From assembly GCF_009914755.1 (NCBI RefSeq), contig NC_060930.1: a stretch of DNA of 64,000 bases; one strand, written 5' to 3'. The notes under the pieces are model-generated. The model ran no database searches and was not told the origin of the DNA. It saw only the letters and a program-made list of their open reading frames with translations. Position 1 is the stretch's first letter; each line of letters begins with the position of its first letter. Source of the stretch: the human T2T-CHM13v2.0 reference genome, Homo sapiens. Shown piece by piece: positions 43,176 to 59,156 of this stretch. A program made the translations under genes and the position numbers.

Positions 43176-46100
43176 CAGATACTGACTACTGTGTGTCATG
43201 CTTCATACATTCAGGACATTTTAAATAATTTAGTTAACCCTCAGGGTGGGAAAGGAAGGGAAAGAGTTGATTAGAAAGGAGAGGCTTCACTCACAGACTG
43301 CAGGTTTATTGGGTGCTAAGTGTGCCCTGCTGTAGTCTGTTAGTTTCATTTCATTGGCATACTGTACCTTGCTTCCTTACTATCTATCCTTAGACATTTT
43401 AAAAAATTATCTTTAGCTTCTGCATTACTTTTATTTGGGGCTGGTAACATACTTCTGGCCCTTGTCTTTGTTACTATTTTTCTTACTTTATAGTTGGATT
43501 AGTTGGATTTTCAGACCATTCTCTAGGCAAAATTGGTTAGCTGTTTCTTTTGACCACTTAGGAAGAAGGCCTCCTAGTAATGCATGTGCTTTTTATTCCT
43601 GTCTGATTGCTCCAATCAAACGTTTTGTAGGTGGTTTATCTGGAATATAAAGAATCTGAAAGGAGCACAGACTTTCACCCCAGGTCCAGATCTTGCTTAT
43701 TTTTGGACATGAGTGTACTCGGTTCTCAAGGCAGAACAGCTTTGTGTGCCTGTATTCCAGTATTGTTGCTTTAATTGCAGTTTGCTTCCTTCTCCAAAGG
43801 GAGAGTGAGTGGTGAATCAGTGGAGGAGTGACAGATGGAGGAAGGGGTCACCTTTCCTTGTGTAGGTATATGGACTGTTTGGCAAAGAGTCATTTTGTTT
43901 TTGTGGGTAATGCTCTCCCCCACTTTTCTGAAATCTATATCTGAGAGTACAAAATATGGGAGTGTGTGTTTGCTGATAATCAGATCAAAGGTTCCCAGGG
44001 GGCTAACCTACCTGAAAAGGGAAAGGGGCTATTGTGGCTCTCTGCAGCCTGACCTCTCCACTCTCTTATTGTAACAAAGTTTTTGATAGGCATCTAGATA
44101 GAAAGCTGCTGGGGGGAACTTCCCAGGTGCTTCTGAGATGGAATGTGTGCATCTATCCATGGATACGATAAATGTGAGCTATTGAGGGTAGAAAAAAAAC
44201 AGTAACATATATGCTAACATGAATATTGAAACAGATTGTTAATCTTTCATCAGAGCTTCTTGGTTTAGAAACCTTTTATTTGGCAATAATGAATGTAACT
44301 ATTGACTAATATTGTTTAAGAGACTGCTATTTGTGGCACCAAAGATAAGCATAACCTGAGTGACTTCTTGACCCTTTGCAAATATTTACAGGCTGAAATA
44401 ATATAGTTTGACAAAAGAGCCAAGTGATTTTGGAGTGGCTTATTTTCTGGTTTTCCTACAGTTCAGAAGATAATTTATCTGATAAAAATGGTAAGTTTTG
44501 CTTGTGGAGGTGTAATGGATTTTGAAACACAAAATATGGATTAATTTTTTTTGAGGCGGGATAGTAATGGTGATAACGGTATGTATGACACATGCTGTTA
44601 TGAATATATTAAAAAGCATTTTAACATGTTAGAGTCATCAAAAGTTATGCCCACTTCCATTTTATACATTTTGGCATTTCTTGATTAAAAATATATTGTC
44701 AACATAAAACTACCATTTCTTGGAATAGATGCTTGTTAAAAATGTATCCTTATCAGTTTATCAAAAACAATTGTTAAAAATGATATATTTGTGGAAAGGG
44801 GAAAAACTTTCCAAAATAAATATTTTTATGGAAACAATGAACTCTTTGCTAGATTTCCTCTTCTAGTACATGATTCTTCTAATAATGTAATACATTTACA
44901 ACAGGTCTGATACCTTTAATTCTCCAGTTCTTTCACACAGTTAAGTGCTTGCTGCAATCTTCTTAAGGCTGAAAGAATGACACATTCAAGAAGTCTTTGA
45001 CAGTGTTTAAACACCTCTTATCAAAACTTAATTTCCATGAATGATTGATTTTGGCACTTGATGGAAGGCTGAAGAATGTTCAATTACCCCATTTTCATGT
45101 GCTAATGAAGCCGAAAGTGACTTAAGAGGATTTCTTTACACTGTGGCAGCCTGTTTGGATATGCACATGACTTCTTAGGTTTCTCTCCCAGGGTTTGTCT
45201 CTACTAAATAGTTGTCTTATTGAGTAACTGTAGCTAATCTGTCTGCTTGGCCACAGGCCTTGGCCTTCCTCTGTAGAGTGGACTGTAATTAGTGAAGCTG
45301 TCAACCAGGTGTTTAATTTCAAGAGAACTTATTTTGTTCAAATCTTCCAATAACTTGCCAAATCAATCAGGTTTAGATTTTCTGTTTGTTCACGAGCACT
45401 CCTTGAATTTTGAGTAAAATGAATATGGAAAACCTTTTAAACTAGGAAAAAATGCAACTTTCAATTCGAAACTTTGGGTTTATAAAGCTTGACTATGAGT
45501 TTCAATTTTTCACACATTGCGCTAGAATTATCATTAAAACACTTAACCTAAGCTTGGCTGGAAATATACGTATCAAATTGAAGAATTTCCTGCCCTGTTT
45601 TTTGACAAGGGATGGCTGAATGAGGAAGAAGAAAAATTATACTGTAGGAAAATACATAAGACTCTCCCCACTAAAATACATGCAGTTCATGGGTTTAAAT
45701 TTTGATGATTCTGCTTCATGTTCTTGCATAATTTTAGTGTTAGAAATGAGAAAACTTTACGGTTAGATATCCTTCAGGCTTGTGATCCCTTTCAGTTTAT
45801 AATCCTGTGGATCCAGAAAGGTTATTTCTCCAGCATCAGAAGACATCTGAGGCTTGCAGTAAAGTCACAGACTGGTTTTGTGACTCTAGATGAGGCACTT
45901 CTAGCCTTTTCAGTTCAAAACAACGATAGTCCTCATCCAAACTGCTCCTTACTTTCTCACAGCCTCCACTTCCTTCTCACGAAGGTGTCCGATTCCTCTG
46001 AGCATGGAAAGTGCTGTATTCTGGGGACAGCAGGAACTTGTTTAGATTGAGGCAAACATGCTGCGTGTAAACACTTAATGCGTGTGTTCTAGCAGACTCA

Positions 46101-47035
46101 GCCAAGACTGATGGATGACTTCTTTTTTCTTTTTCCTCCCTTATATGGATGGTAGGACTGACTTCTCCAGATAACAACTGAGTTGTTGATTAGTGACTTT
46201 TGGTATAAACTTTACTTTCGTAGTAAGGAGGAAAATATGTCAAGGAAAGAAGCAGCTCTGTTTCCTCCACAGACCCCTATCTAATGAGCTTGCAATTATG
46301 AGAATTTAATACATTAGTCTCGTGGGGTGAACCTAAACTCTACATTGAAGCTTGAGATTCTCAACATCATTTAACATCAGATAGCATTTTATCGTCTCCC
46401 TTTGTATGTAGAAGATACTTTCTCTTTTCCTCTACCCTCCCAGGAGTTATCTCCACCTCATCTCCTCACCAAAAATAGATAAAAATAAAAAGAGGGAAGA
46501 AAATAAGACCTTTGCCAGATACCATCAAAGTATCCTCAGGGTTTGGGTGGTACACATAACGAAGAAATTACTTCCTTCTTTCCAGTTTTTTGAGGTGAAG
46601 GCAGTGTCCTGGCTGGTCCATGCTCCACTCAGGCATGGTGCTGTAGTGGGAAAAGAATATTGAACTGGAAGGCAGCCATGTTCCTCATGGCTTCTCTACT
46701 TTGACAACAGAGCAAAGTTATCTCATCACCCTGGGGCTGGGGGTATCACAGTAAGCTTAAAAATGTCTAAGGTCTCTTCAAACTCTCTGCTCAGTGATCG
46801 TTTATGGCACTTGTGTGTAATTTGGAAGGTGTACTAAGACATGGCAACACACTGCACTCAAAGTCATGCTTATTATCTGCAGCATCCCCATTGTATTTCA
46901 TTGGGGCTTGGTCACTATCACATCTGACTTGATTTCTCTTCCTTCTGAGTGATTTCTCTCTCATTTTTCTTAGTTTGCTTCCTTACCATTCTACATGTTC
47001 TTTAGGAGTTGGTGAACCCAAAATTATTTGAGACA

Positions 47036-47386
<351 letters not shown>

Positions 47387-47976
47387 TCATGTGAAATTAT
47401 CTACTACTGCATCTTCCAAATTACATGCAACTAAAGATGGGGGTATTGACAACTCGAAAGTTACATTCATAACTAATATTCTTGGTACTTTTAATTTTTT
47501 TAATTTCTTAAGACTTTTAAACAAAGCAGGTGATATATAAACTTCCCACATTATTTGGACTTTGCTCTCCTTTACCTAAGAGTTCTCCTGCTGTCATTCG
47601 TCCCTTGAGGTTAGCTAACAAGGTCACCTGCCTGCCTACCTATTCTTTTTGCATTGCACTGGTAGCCTTCTTTCTGTTTTCCTAAATGCATCTCCTAACG
47701 ACTTTCTCCAGCTCCAAGCTCTTCCATCTCCAGTCTTTCCTCCTAAACTTCTTAACCAGTAGTTGGTACGCCCTATGAGGACATGAGCCAGGCCTCTCCT
47801 CTTCCCCACTGCACCCTGTGCATTCGCTCAATGTTTGTTCCACGAAAAATGTACCGTTTTGATGAAATCTCTTTTTATCTCCAGAACCTCTAATGGCTTT
47901 ACATCATGTGCAGACTAAATTTCAGGCATCTTAATCCCACATTTTTTCAAAGCATTTTAAGAAATGGTCCCAGTGG

Positions 47977-48266
47977 GGCTGGGCGCGGTGGCTCACGCCT
48001 GTAATCCCAACACTTTGGGAGGCTGAGGTGGGTGGATCACGAGGTCAAGAGATCGAGACCATCCTGGCCAATGTGGTGAAACTCCATCTCTACTAAAAAT
48101 ACAAAAATATTAGCTGGGCGTGGTGGCGCGCGCCTGTAGTCCCAGCTACTCTGGAGGCTGAGGCAGTAGAATCACTTGAACTCAGGAGGCAGAGGTTGCA
48201 GTGAGCCAAGATCGTGCCACTGTACTCCAGCCTGGCGACAGAGTGAGGCTCCGTCTCAAAAAAAAA
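47977..48266 (+). mobile_element. AluSc
   Basis: gtcaagagatcgagaccatcctgg; TSD aagaaatggt(c/t)ccagtg. Confidence 0.95.
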
Positions 48267-49539
48267 GAAATGGTTCCAGTGTTTCTCACATGACTCACAC
48301 TTGTGGAAATCTTCTCCATGTGCCGAGCTGGGGTGCCCCTCCTTAAAGCCTTTCAGTACCTGGGCACCAGATTCACACTCTTTTGCCACAAGTGTCTCCT
48401 TTATAACATTTGCGAACACACTGAATATTTACTAAGTGCCTGGTACAGAGGATATAGACAAGATAAGTCAAGCGGCTCTCTAGGATTCTCCTTCTCTCCC
48501 AGGACAGGCAGGCAGGAAAGGAGGGCCCAGTCAGACCCCTTCTGAGTGTGAGAGGGAGGGTGGGGCTCTGATGGTGCCCCTTACTGGAAGTAAAGGCAGA
48601 GACTAGACACTGGCTCTTTATCCCCGTTTCTCCAGGGCTTTCCCCTGATGCTTTGTCTAAAATAGATGCTTGGTTACTGGCCATTGCCTGTACTGCCTTT
48701 GCCTTTCTTCTCTTGTTGGCTTTGTATTCTCCTGTCTCCAGTAACTCCCACCTGGAATGTCTACTCCTTCGACTCTACCTCTAGGAATACTCCCCTTTCC
48801 ACAAGGTCCAAATCACAGACTATAGTCTCCCCGCAGCGGTGGCCAGGTCCATGGCCAGGCATTGTCTCTGACTCCTAAGACCCCAGCAACTGAACACAGG
48901 CCCCTCACGGCAGTGGTTATATTCTGCCACGTTCTATGTCTACCCTTTCGCTCACGCCCCCTTCTGTCTTAGCGCTCTTGCCTCCCTAGAACACTTGCGT
49001 AGGGGGTTGTCAGGCTCTTGGTATTGGTTCTCAGCATAAATTTACTTTGACAAAAGATGTTTGAAGCAAGGAAATTGGACAAATTCCAAATGAATGAAAT
49101 ATATTTGAAGTATGTATGTGACAATCAGGTTAATGTTACTCGTGTGCTTCAAAGTGGATTCATTCCAGTTCCAATTTATAGTGTGGCAAATATTTACGTG
49201 GATTTTTTAGGATGACTTTCGCTTCCTTTTGGTCCGGAAAGCTGGATCACCCTAGGCTGAAGGAAAAAATGTAGAAAGGTTTTAAATTTACTTGGGTTAG
49301 TAGTTAGCATTCCTTAGGCAAACAATTCCCCCCAGGATTATATTTTCATTTTCTCACAACTCTGCTCATTTCAAAAAGTTGCACATATTCAAAGCTATAG
49401 TAAAGGGGGGAAAGGGTGTGCAAGAAATCTACCTACATATATACACATGGGGGGAAAACTGTATCAAGGTGGAAACCATAAATGAACAAATTAGGGGTGC
49501 ATGTATGAGAGAGAGCCCTGAAACCAAAGAAGGAGCTAA

Positions 49540-49893
<354 letters not shown>

Positions 49894-51681
49894 CTTCCTG
49901 AATATTTGAGTTACCCCTATGGCAGGTCAAAGTCACTGAAGTCCAGCAGGCACTCTGAGAGCTATGGGGTCCCAAGATGTGCCCAGTTCCCCTCTCTGCA
50001 GAGTATGGTAAGCTTGGCGTAGGGCCTCTACAAACTAATTTAGCTTGTGTAATTAATTCTCACAGCTTGAGATACCCAAGAGTCTGACAGGCACTCTTCG
50101 ACAGGCGTTTCTAATCCTTTACTTACTTGTTTATCCTTGCAGAACCCCTTTTTCAAAGAAAAGCTTACAATGAATCTTAATAAATAGAATATGAATAAAT
50201 GATAGTTTAATACTACAAATGCATAATCATACATATTTTATATATTTATGTTTAAAGCATTTATTTATTAGGAGGTGAATCAGCTCAACTTTTTTGACTC
50301 CCAAACAAGAAATCTATGGTTATGGATGACAGTTATAGCCTTGTATCAGCCCGTGCATCTAATTAAATTCTACATCTTTAGAATTTAATTAAGCATATAC
50401 ACCATGCACCTTATCAAATCAATCCATTTCATGAACATATTGGCCAGTTTGATTCAATTCAACTTAAAGCTAATTGACCTTATCACCTCTATCAGCAAGT
50501 TTTCTTTTTAAACTTACTTTTTTAAAAAGTTCTAGTTTTAAGGTCACAGAAGCACCCAAAACTATGAAGTACTAAAACTAGAATTCTCTGAAGCATGACA
50601 CCGTGGAGCCGTATTATCACCACGTGCCCTGTCGTGTCAGGGGTGCATTTGTTAACTGCACAACTCACTTTTGGCCAAGAACCTGCATGGGGCGATGACC
50701 TCGAGCCTTTCCCAGGATGTCACTGAGCTCAACCTGTGGGTACTGGAGATCCACTTAGATAGCTTGAAGTGTGTGGACTTGCTCAGGACTACAGTTTTAA
50801 AAGACCAGGGCAAAGCAAGTGTCCTCTCAGTAATGCACATCTGGGGATTTCAGCTGCAGCCACTGAGTAGCAGCAGGACCAGCCTGCAGAGTCCCATTTG
50901 AAAGCTCTTGCTGTGGTAGGCCCTGCACCGTTAATCCCCATAGGGTGTACCTTTTCATCTTCATTGTCTTCTCTGATTGTATCTTTTTATCTTGGGGTAG
51001 TTTTCTTCTATTTGTTTGTTTTGTTTAGCTTTTCTATTTTAAAGAATTAAATTACATTGCTATAGATATTACCGAAGATGTACCGAAGACTTAAATTTAT
51101 CACCTTTATAACAATCCCAGAGCTAAGAAGACTCTCTGAGGAACCTCTGTTGCTGATTTGGGCCTAGTCTGTGGAAAGGGCAGTTGACCCTATACTGGGA
51201 TTTCTTGATGTTGACTGCAGCTATTGTAAACTTATTATAAAAAGGCACTTAGGTCCTTTTGTTTAGTAAGACTTGAACTCTTCAGTCTGTCTCCAGCCTG
51301 GGAGAATACCAGGACTTGCCTGGGTCTGTCCAGGTTGCTGGAGGCAGCCTGCCTTCCTGGGGTGGAAGCAGGAAGAGTATGTGCGAGGGGAGCAAGCCTT
51401 GGGAGTGTGAGGAGCGGAGTACACTATACCCTCCTCCCTGAGGGCAGTGCCCAGACAAGTGGGTGAGAACCCTTCATTCCCTCCTGCCTTCTCACCCCCC
51501 GCCCCCTGCAAAGCTGCTTACTGTGGTGCAAGGAAAAGGAGTTGGAGTCCGAAGTCCCAGGTTAGTGGTATTGCCAAAGCGGGTGGCTTGGGAGTGGTTC
51601 AAGCTCACCTCAACATTCAATTTAAATGAAGACTGTGCTGGTGGCCAAGTTCTTACTCTCAGTCAGCCTCCTGCCTCAGTC

Positions 51682-52520
51682 ACTCACATACACACCCCCA
51701 CACATTCACACACATGCCACACGCAAACACAGTACACAAGTACCACAGCAGACACACACCACACCCCTTCACATTCACACACTATACACACATACCACAC
51801 ACACCACACCTCTCCACATTCTCACACACCACACTACACACACACACAAACATACCACACACACCACACTCCTCCACATTCACACACACCACTCATACAA
51901 ACATACCACACACACCACACCCCTCCACATTCACACACCACACTACACACACACACAAACATACCACACACACCACACCCCTCCACATTCATACACACAC
52001 ACACAAACATAACACACACACCACACCCCTCCACATTCACACACACCACACTACACACACACACAAACATACCACACACACCACACTCCTCCACATTCAC
52101 ACACACCATTCACACAAACATACCACACACACCACAACCCTCCACATTCACACACACCACTCACACAAACATACCACACACACCACATCCCTCCACATTC
52201 ACACACCACACACACACAAACATACCACACACACCACAACCCTCTACATTACACATACCACACACAAAACATACCACATACACACATACACAAAAAACAT
52301 ACTACATACACACAAACATATCACATGCATATCACACCCCTCCACATTCACACACACACACACCCCTCCACATTTACACACATACCATACTACACACATG
52401 CACACACTGGCATACCAGCCCCACACACCCAACACTCCCCACACACATCCCACATCACACACACCACACATATTGCATGTGTTGCAAACATACACCATAC
52501 ATTACCCCCCTACACACTCA
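51682..52520. repeat. CA-rich higher-order minisatellite (~50-60 bp unit)
   Basis: Recurring aaacataccacacacaccacac(c/t)cctccacattcacacac units, roughly 10 copies with degenerate flanks. Confidence 0.95.
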
Positions 52521-52794
52521 GCCCACTATTATACTTGCTTTGCAGCTGGCAACTCCCCCTCTCCCAGCACCTGCCCCAGATGTGTTCAGGTAAATGGTTT
52601 TCTAGAACAACTTCAGAAAACTCGGGAACTCTGAAGAGCGGAACCTGAGTGATACACTCTAGGGAAAAGATTACTTGTTTCTCTGTCTGAAAATGCAGAA
52701 AAAGGTTTGAAATTTGTTTTCTGCTTTTTCAGTTTTTAATTTGTCAGATGGCTGAACAGATATGCCATTAGATGTATAAGATTTGGCATATCCT

Positions 52795-53059
52795 TTTGTG
52801 TGTGTGTGAGACGGTCTCATTCTGTCGCCCAGGCTGGAGTGCAGTGGCACCCTCTCAGCTGAAGCAATTCTCGTGCCTCAGTCTCTCCAGTAGCTAGGAT
52901 TACAAGCGCGCGCAATCACACCTGGCTAATTTTTGTATTTTCAATAGAGACGGGGTTTCACCATGTTGGCCAGGCTGGTCTCGAACTGTCCTCAATCAAG
53001 CCAACCTCCTCAGCCTCCCAAAGTGCTGAGATTACAGGTGTGAGCCATCATGCCTGGCC
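52795..53059 (-). mobile_element. AluS with internal deletion and (TG)n tail
   Basis: Reverse Alu missing ~25 bp near 52860. Confidence 0.9.
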
Positions 53060-53199
53060 ATACTCTTCAACAACAGATCATCAATAATTGCAGTGCTTAT
53101 CATCAACCTTCCCAATCCCTCTAAAACAGAAATTTTGTACAGGCATCTGCCTAAACTGAGCTTATCCTCATTCACCCCTGCCTGTAAACTGCTTTTTGA

Positions 53200-53514
<315 letters not shown>

Positions 53515-53749
53515 TAAAGTTCCTTTCTTCTTTTGAGAGTCATTTTCACCAAGAGCCAATATTGTATAGTGCTGCCAAGAGTTCCTGAGGTCCCATAAGT
53601 ACCAGTAGAGATTCCGCTGCTGAAGTGGCTGCTTGTCCGCTTGGCTAGCCACACTGTCCTCTGCCCTTTCCTCCCAGCCTCTGTTCACTTGCTGGTTCTT
53701 CTGCATAGAATTCTTTTCCCCCTAATCTTGTTCCCCTCCCTTTATGGGT

Positions 53750-54340
<591 letters not shown>

Positions 54341-55689
54341 AAAAGTATTGAACAAAGGACTTGGATGAATGCAAATGCTGAAATGCTCAGGATTTTTTAA
54401 AAAATTGAAACCAGATTATTTTAATATATATGATCTACCTTTAATCTATAATGTAAGTCTAAATTTAATCTGTAACAAATGTATTTATTGTACATCAATA
54501 AAACGATGATAGATAATAGATTTAATCTATAATATTAAATTAAATATACTATAAATTTATTTAATATTATAATACAGTTAATCTATAATCATCACATTTC
54601 TAAATTTTGGATTTATCCTGAGAGATAGAACACATTTTTTTTTATAGAACCTTAAAAGGCAGCTGTTGGCCTTCTGGTGACAGGTGTCTTTCTTTCTTTT
54701 TTAAAATAACCAAAGCTGTAAATTATTGTGATCAAAAATAGTTTGGGAAGATGGTGAGCAGGGGTTTTGCTTTGTCTTGCTTGTCTTTCTGTGAGATGGG
54801 GGTGAGGAGAGAGAACAAGACACAGGGACATAATAAGTTCATAGAGTTCAAGATACAGCCCCCTGGGATGCCCGGTGAATTTCCTTAAATTTAAAAGAAC
54901 ACAGCCTTGCCCTTGTAGTCTGAGCAGTGGTCATCTGGAGGCCACCCCCAACCAAGGGTTCCCTTTGCTGGGATGGATAACTCAAAGGTGGGGAGGTTGC
55001 GTTTCTTCCTTTCTTTTACAAGGTGGTAATCTCTTAGCTGCCTATGGAAATAAGGCTGCTTTGAAAGAGGAGCTTTACACATTGTAAACTTTTCCCCCAG
55101 GGCAAGTCAGCCATCCTTAATGCTTCTTGAAGTTAAAATTTCTTTTCTCTCTTCCTCCTCTTTTCTTTCCTTTAAAAACTTTTTTGTTAATGAAGTAGAA
55201 AATGAGCTTCTCTGCACTTGTTAAAAAGTGCTACTTGGGCAAAGAAAATGTCTGTCCCTTCTACAAATGTGTAAAATTATCCCGTTTGAGCTTGGCATTT
55301 GAAGATTTCAGACTCCTCAAGACTTAAATGAAAGGCAAGGTGCTAAACAATGAATATGCCACCTTTTGTATGAGAAAGAGAAAAAGAGATTTGCTGCTGT
55401 TTGCTAAAGAAACACTAGAAGAATAAAGAAGAAAGCAGTAACAATGGTCTCTGGTGGACAGGTGTGGATGTAAGGGGTGGGTGGGAAGGGCATGGGTGGA
55501 GACAGGACCGAGGGTGGGACTTCTCCCTATTTATCTGTTTATATCATTCTGATTTTTGAATCATGTAGTGTATTACCTATCCAAAAATGTAAAACAAACA
55601 TTCTTAAATCCCATCTTATTTTGATCTTTGATACTTGTCTGATTTGTTTTTTCCTTTTCTTTCTTTTTTTTTTGCAGGGAGTAGGGTGT

Positions 55690-56165
55690 GATTTTTAAAA
55701 AATTGTAGTAAAATATACATGACAAAAGTTACCATTTTAACCATCTTCAAGTATGCTATTCAGTAGCATTAAGTTTATTCCCAACATTGTACACACTGTC
55801 AACATTATCTGTTTCTAGAATTTTTTCTTCATTCCAAATAAAAGCTCTACTGATTCAACAATAACTTTTCCCCTTCCTCAGCCCCCGGCAACTTCTATTA
55901 TACTTTGTTTATATGAATTTGGCTCATATATATATGTAAAATCATACAATATTTGGCCTTTTGTATGTGGCTTATTTCACTTAGCATAGCATAATGTTTT
56001 CAAGGAACATGCATATTGTAGCATGTATCAGAATTTCATTCCTTTATGTGGTTGAATAATATCCCATTGTGTGTATGGATTGCCACATTTTGTCTATTCA
56101 TTCATTTGTTGATAGACATTGGGCTGTTGCCACCTTTTAGCTATTGAGAAAAATGCTGCTATGAA
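55690..56165 (-). mobile_element. L1MB-type 3' end
   Basis: gtaaaatatacatgacaaaagttaccattttaacc...ggcttatttcacttagcata. Confidence 0.8.
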
Positions 56166-56461
56166 TCTTCTAGTGCTTTCTTCATATTGTTTTATACTTA
56201 TGATGTATAATTATTTACATTTATCTTTTTATTTACTTTTTAAAAATTTATATTATTTACATTTATCTTTCCTTCTAGCCTGGGAACTTGACTTGAGAGT
56301 AAGGGACATGTAGTATGTCTTATTCTTTCTCGCACCCTGGGTACCCGCAGATTAACAAGCAGGTGTTCAGTTGGCATTTAATAAATGTCTGTCAAATGAC
56401 TAAATGGTAGATGGAAAATTAGTTTTGAGTTTATTTCATAAAGGACAAAAGAAGATTTGAA

Positions 56462-57136
<675 letters not shown>

Positions 57137-58167
57137 TATTTGTTCAGCTCTGTCAGCTTTGAAGAAGTGATCTTGTTTATTTGGAATTAGTTTTAAGTTA
57201 AAACATATTTAGATGATAGGAAGTTGCTGTAGAAATGTATCCATTTTCTAAACACAACATGGCAGTCAGAAGGCAATATTAATGAACACAGGCTAATAGA
57301 AAACACTCTTGCTCTGTGTGTGTCTGAGTCTGGGTGTGTGACTCCATTGTGAACTGGCCTTAGAGGGTGACCTGCGCACCTCCACCCTACCCTTGCCGGA
57401 GGGCACCGTGTTATGAATAAAGCAACTAAGTTTAGAAACAGGCAAAGGGAAGCAGAGGTGGGGTTTTGGGTAAGTTCACACAGTTGCTTGGCCAGTCTGA
57501 CCCTGGGCAAATGTCCCCTTATCTCTCAATGATGGATGATGCAGCAGCTTTGACCAAACTGAACAATCCCCATTTCAAGACCAGCTGCCCAGTTTTTTTC
57601 TTTTTCGGAAAGGGACCCTGAAGGATGTTGATTTAGTGGCATCTCCTCACGGTTGACTCTGTCAGTCATCAGGATACTGTGGAAGCAGGGGCAGATTAAA
57701 GGCCAGGCCCACTTTTTGAATGAGAAATAAAGCCTGGGGTGGGCTGAGGGTCAGGGGGAGTGTGGGTGGGAAAGTTCTTTCTTATTTCAAACGTGTGCCT
57801 CTGGCTTTTGGAGAAATGATATTGAACATGGTGTACCTGTAGGGCTGTAAAGAACCATACTGATAATCTAGTCCAGCGTCTTGGATTTATTGCTGAGGAA
57901 ATTAACAGATGAGATTGCTCAGGAGCTTTATATGTGACCATGTAACTAGGAGGCAGAACTGGGCAGATACCAAGACATTTTCATCTGAACCGCTCAGCCT
58001 TTATGAAACATCTTGATTTTTTGAGGGCTATTTCCTCAACAGAATACTTTAAAAAAAAAATAAAGCTAGAATCAAAGATATTTGATATGAAAAAGTAAAT
58101 TTGCTAGTAATGGAACGTATAGTTATTAAAGTAGTTTTGTTAATATAATAATTTATAGTGTGTTAAG

Positions 58168-58840
58168 TAGACCATAATTTTTTAGAACAGCTTAGATTTA
58201 CAGAAAAATTGAGAAGCTAGTATAGTTTTCATATTCCCCACACTCAATTTCCCATGTTATTCACATCTTACATTAGTCAATTAATGAACCAATGTTGATG
58301 TGTTCTCATTAACTGAAATCCATACTTCATTCAGATTTCCTTAGCTTTTACCTAGTGTCCTTTTTCTATTCCAGGATTACATTGAGGAGATCACATTATG
58401 TTTAATGGTCATGTTTTCTTCAGACTCTTCTGGTCTTGACAGTTTCTCTGAATTTTCTGGTTTTTCATGACCTTAACAGTTTTGAGGAGCAGTGGGCAGC
58501 TCTATTTTAGAATGTCCTTCAATTGAAATATGTCTTTTTTTTTAAATATGATTAGTCTGGGGTTATGGGCTTTTTGGAGGAAGACCAGACAGGTAAAGTG
58601 CTATTTCATCACATCATATCAAAAGTATATATCAACATGACTTATCACTGTCGACGTTAACCTGGATCACCTAGCTGAGGTGGTGTTTTCAGGTTTCTCC
58701 AGAGAAAAAAATGACCCATTTTTTCCACCTTTTCATATGGTATTCTTTGGAAGGAAGTTACTATATCCACCTCACACACAAGGAGGAGGGAATTATGTTC
58801 CACCTCCTTGGGGACAGAGTATCTACATACATTATTTGAT
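58168..58840 (-). mobile_element. L1MC-type 3' fragment
   Basis: tttagaacagcttagatttacagaaaaattgag...gttaacctggatcacctagctgagg. Confidence 0.75.
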
Positions 58841-58867
58841 ATAGTGGGGTTTTATATTCTAAGAAGA

Positions 58868-59156
58868 GTGCAGGGCACAGTGGCTCACACCTGTAATCCC
58901 AGCACTTAGACCGAGGCGGGTGGATCACTTGAGGTCAGGAGTTTGAGACCAGCCTTGCAAACATGGTGAAACCCCGTCTCTACTAAAAATACAAAAATTA
59001 GCTGGGGATGGTGGCACACACCTATAGTCCCAGCTACTCAGGAAGCTGAGGCACAAGAATCGCTTCAACCTGGGAGGTGGAGGTGGAGGTTGCAGTGAGC
59101 CAAGATCATGCTGGACAGAGTGAGACTCCATCTCAAAAAAAAAAAAAAAAAAAAAA
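58868..59156 (+). mobile_element. AluS with deletions
   Basis: Dimer plus polyA. Confidence 0.92.

Noticed and set aside
50671-50901. 76 aa ORF with exon-like composition
   Set aside because: Non-ATG start as listed, no convincing flanking splice sites, and no recognised homology.
51463-52634. 376 aa and 306 aa His/Thr/Pro-rich ORFs
   Set aside because: They are open only because the CA minisatellite lacks stop codons; several frames are open at once and there is no domain-like sequence.
56211-56270. Small local direct repeats (ttatttacatttatcttt x2; similar cases near 6365, 40448, 51070 and 54440)
   Set aside because: Ordinary slippage duplications in AT-rich DNA; no constant repeat-spacer structure, so not CRISPR-like.
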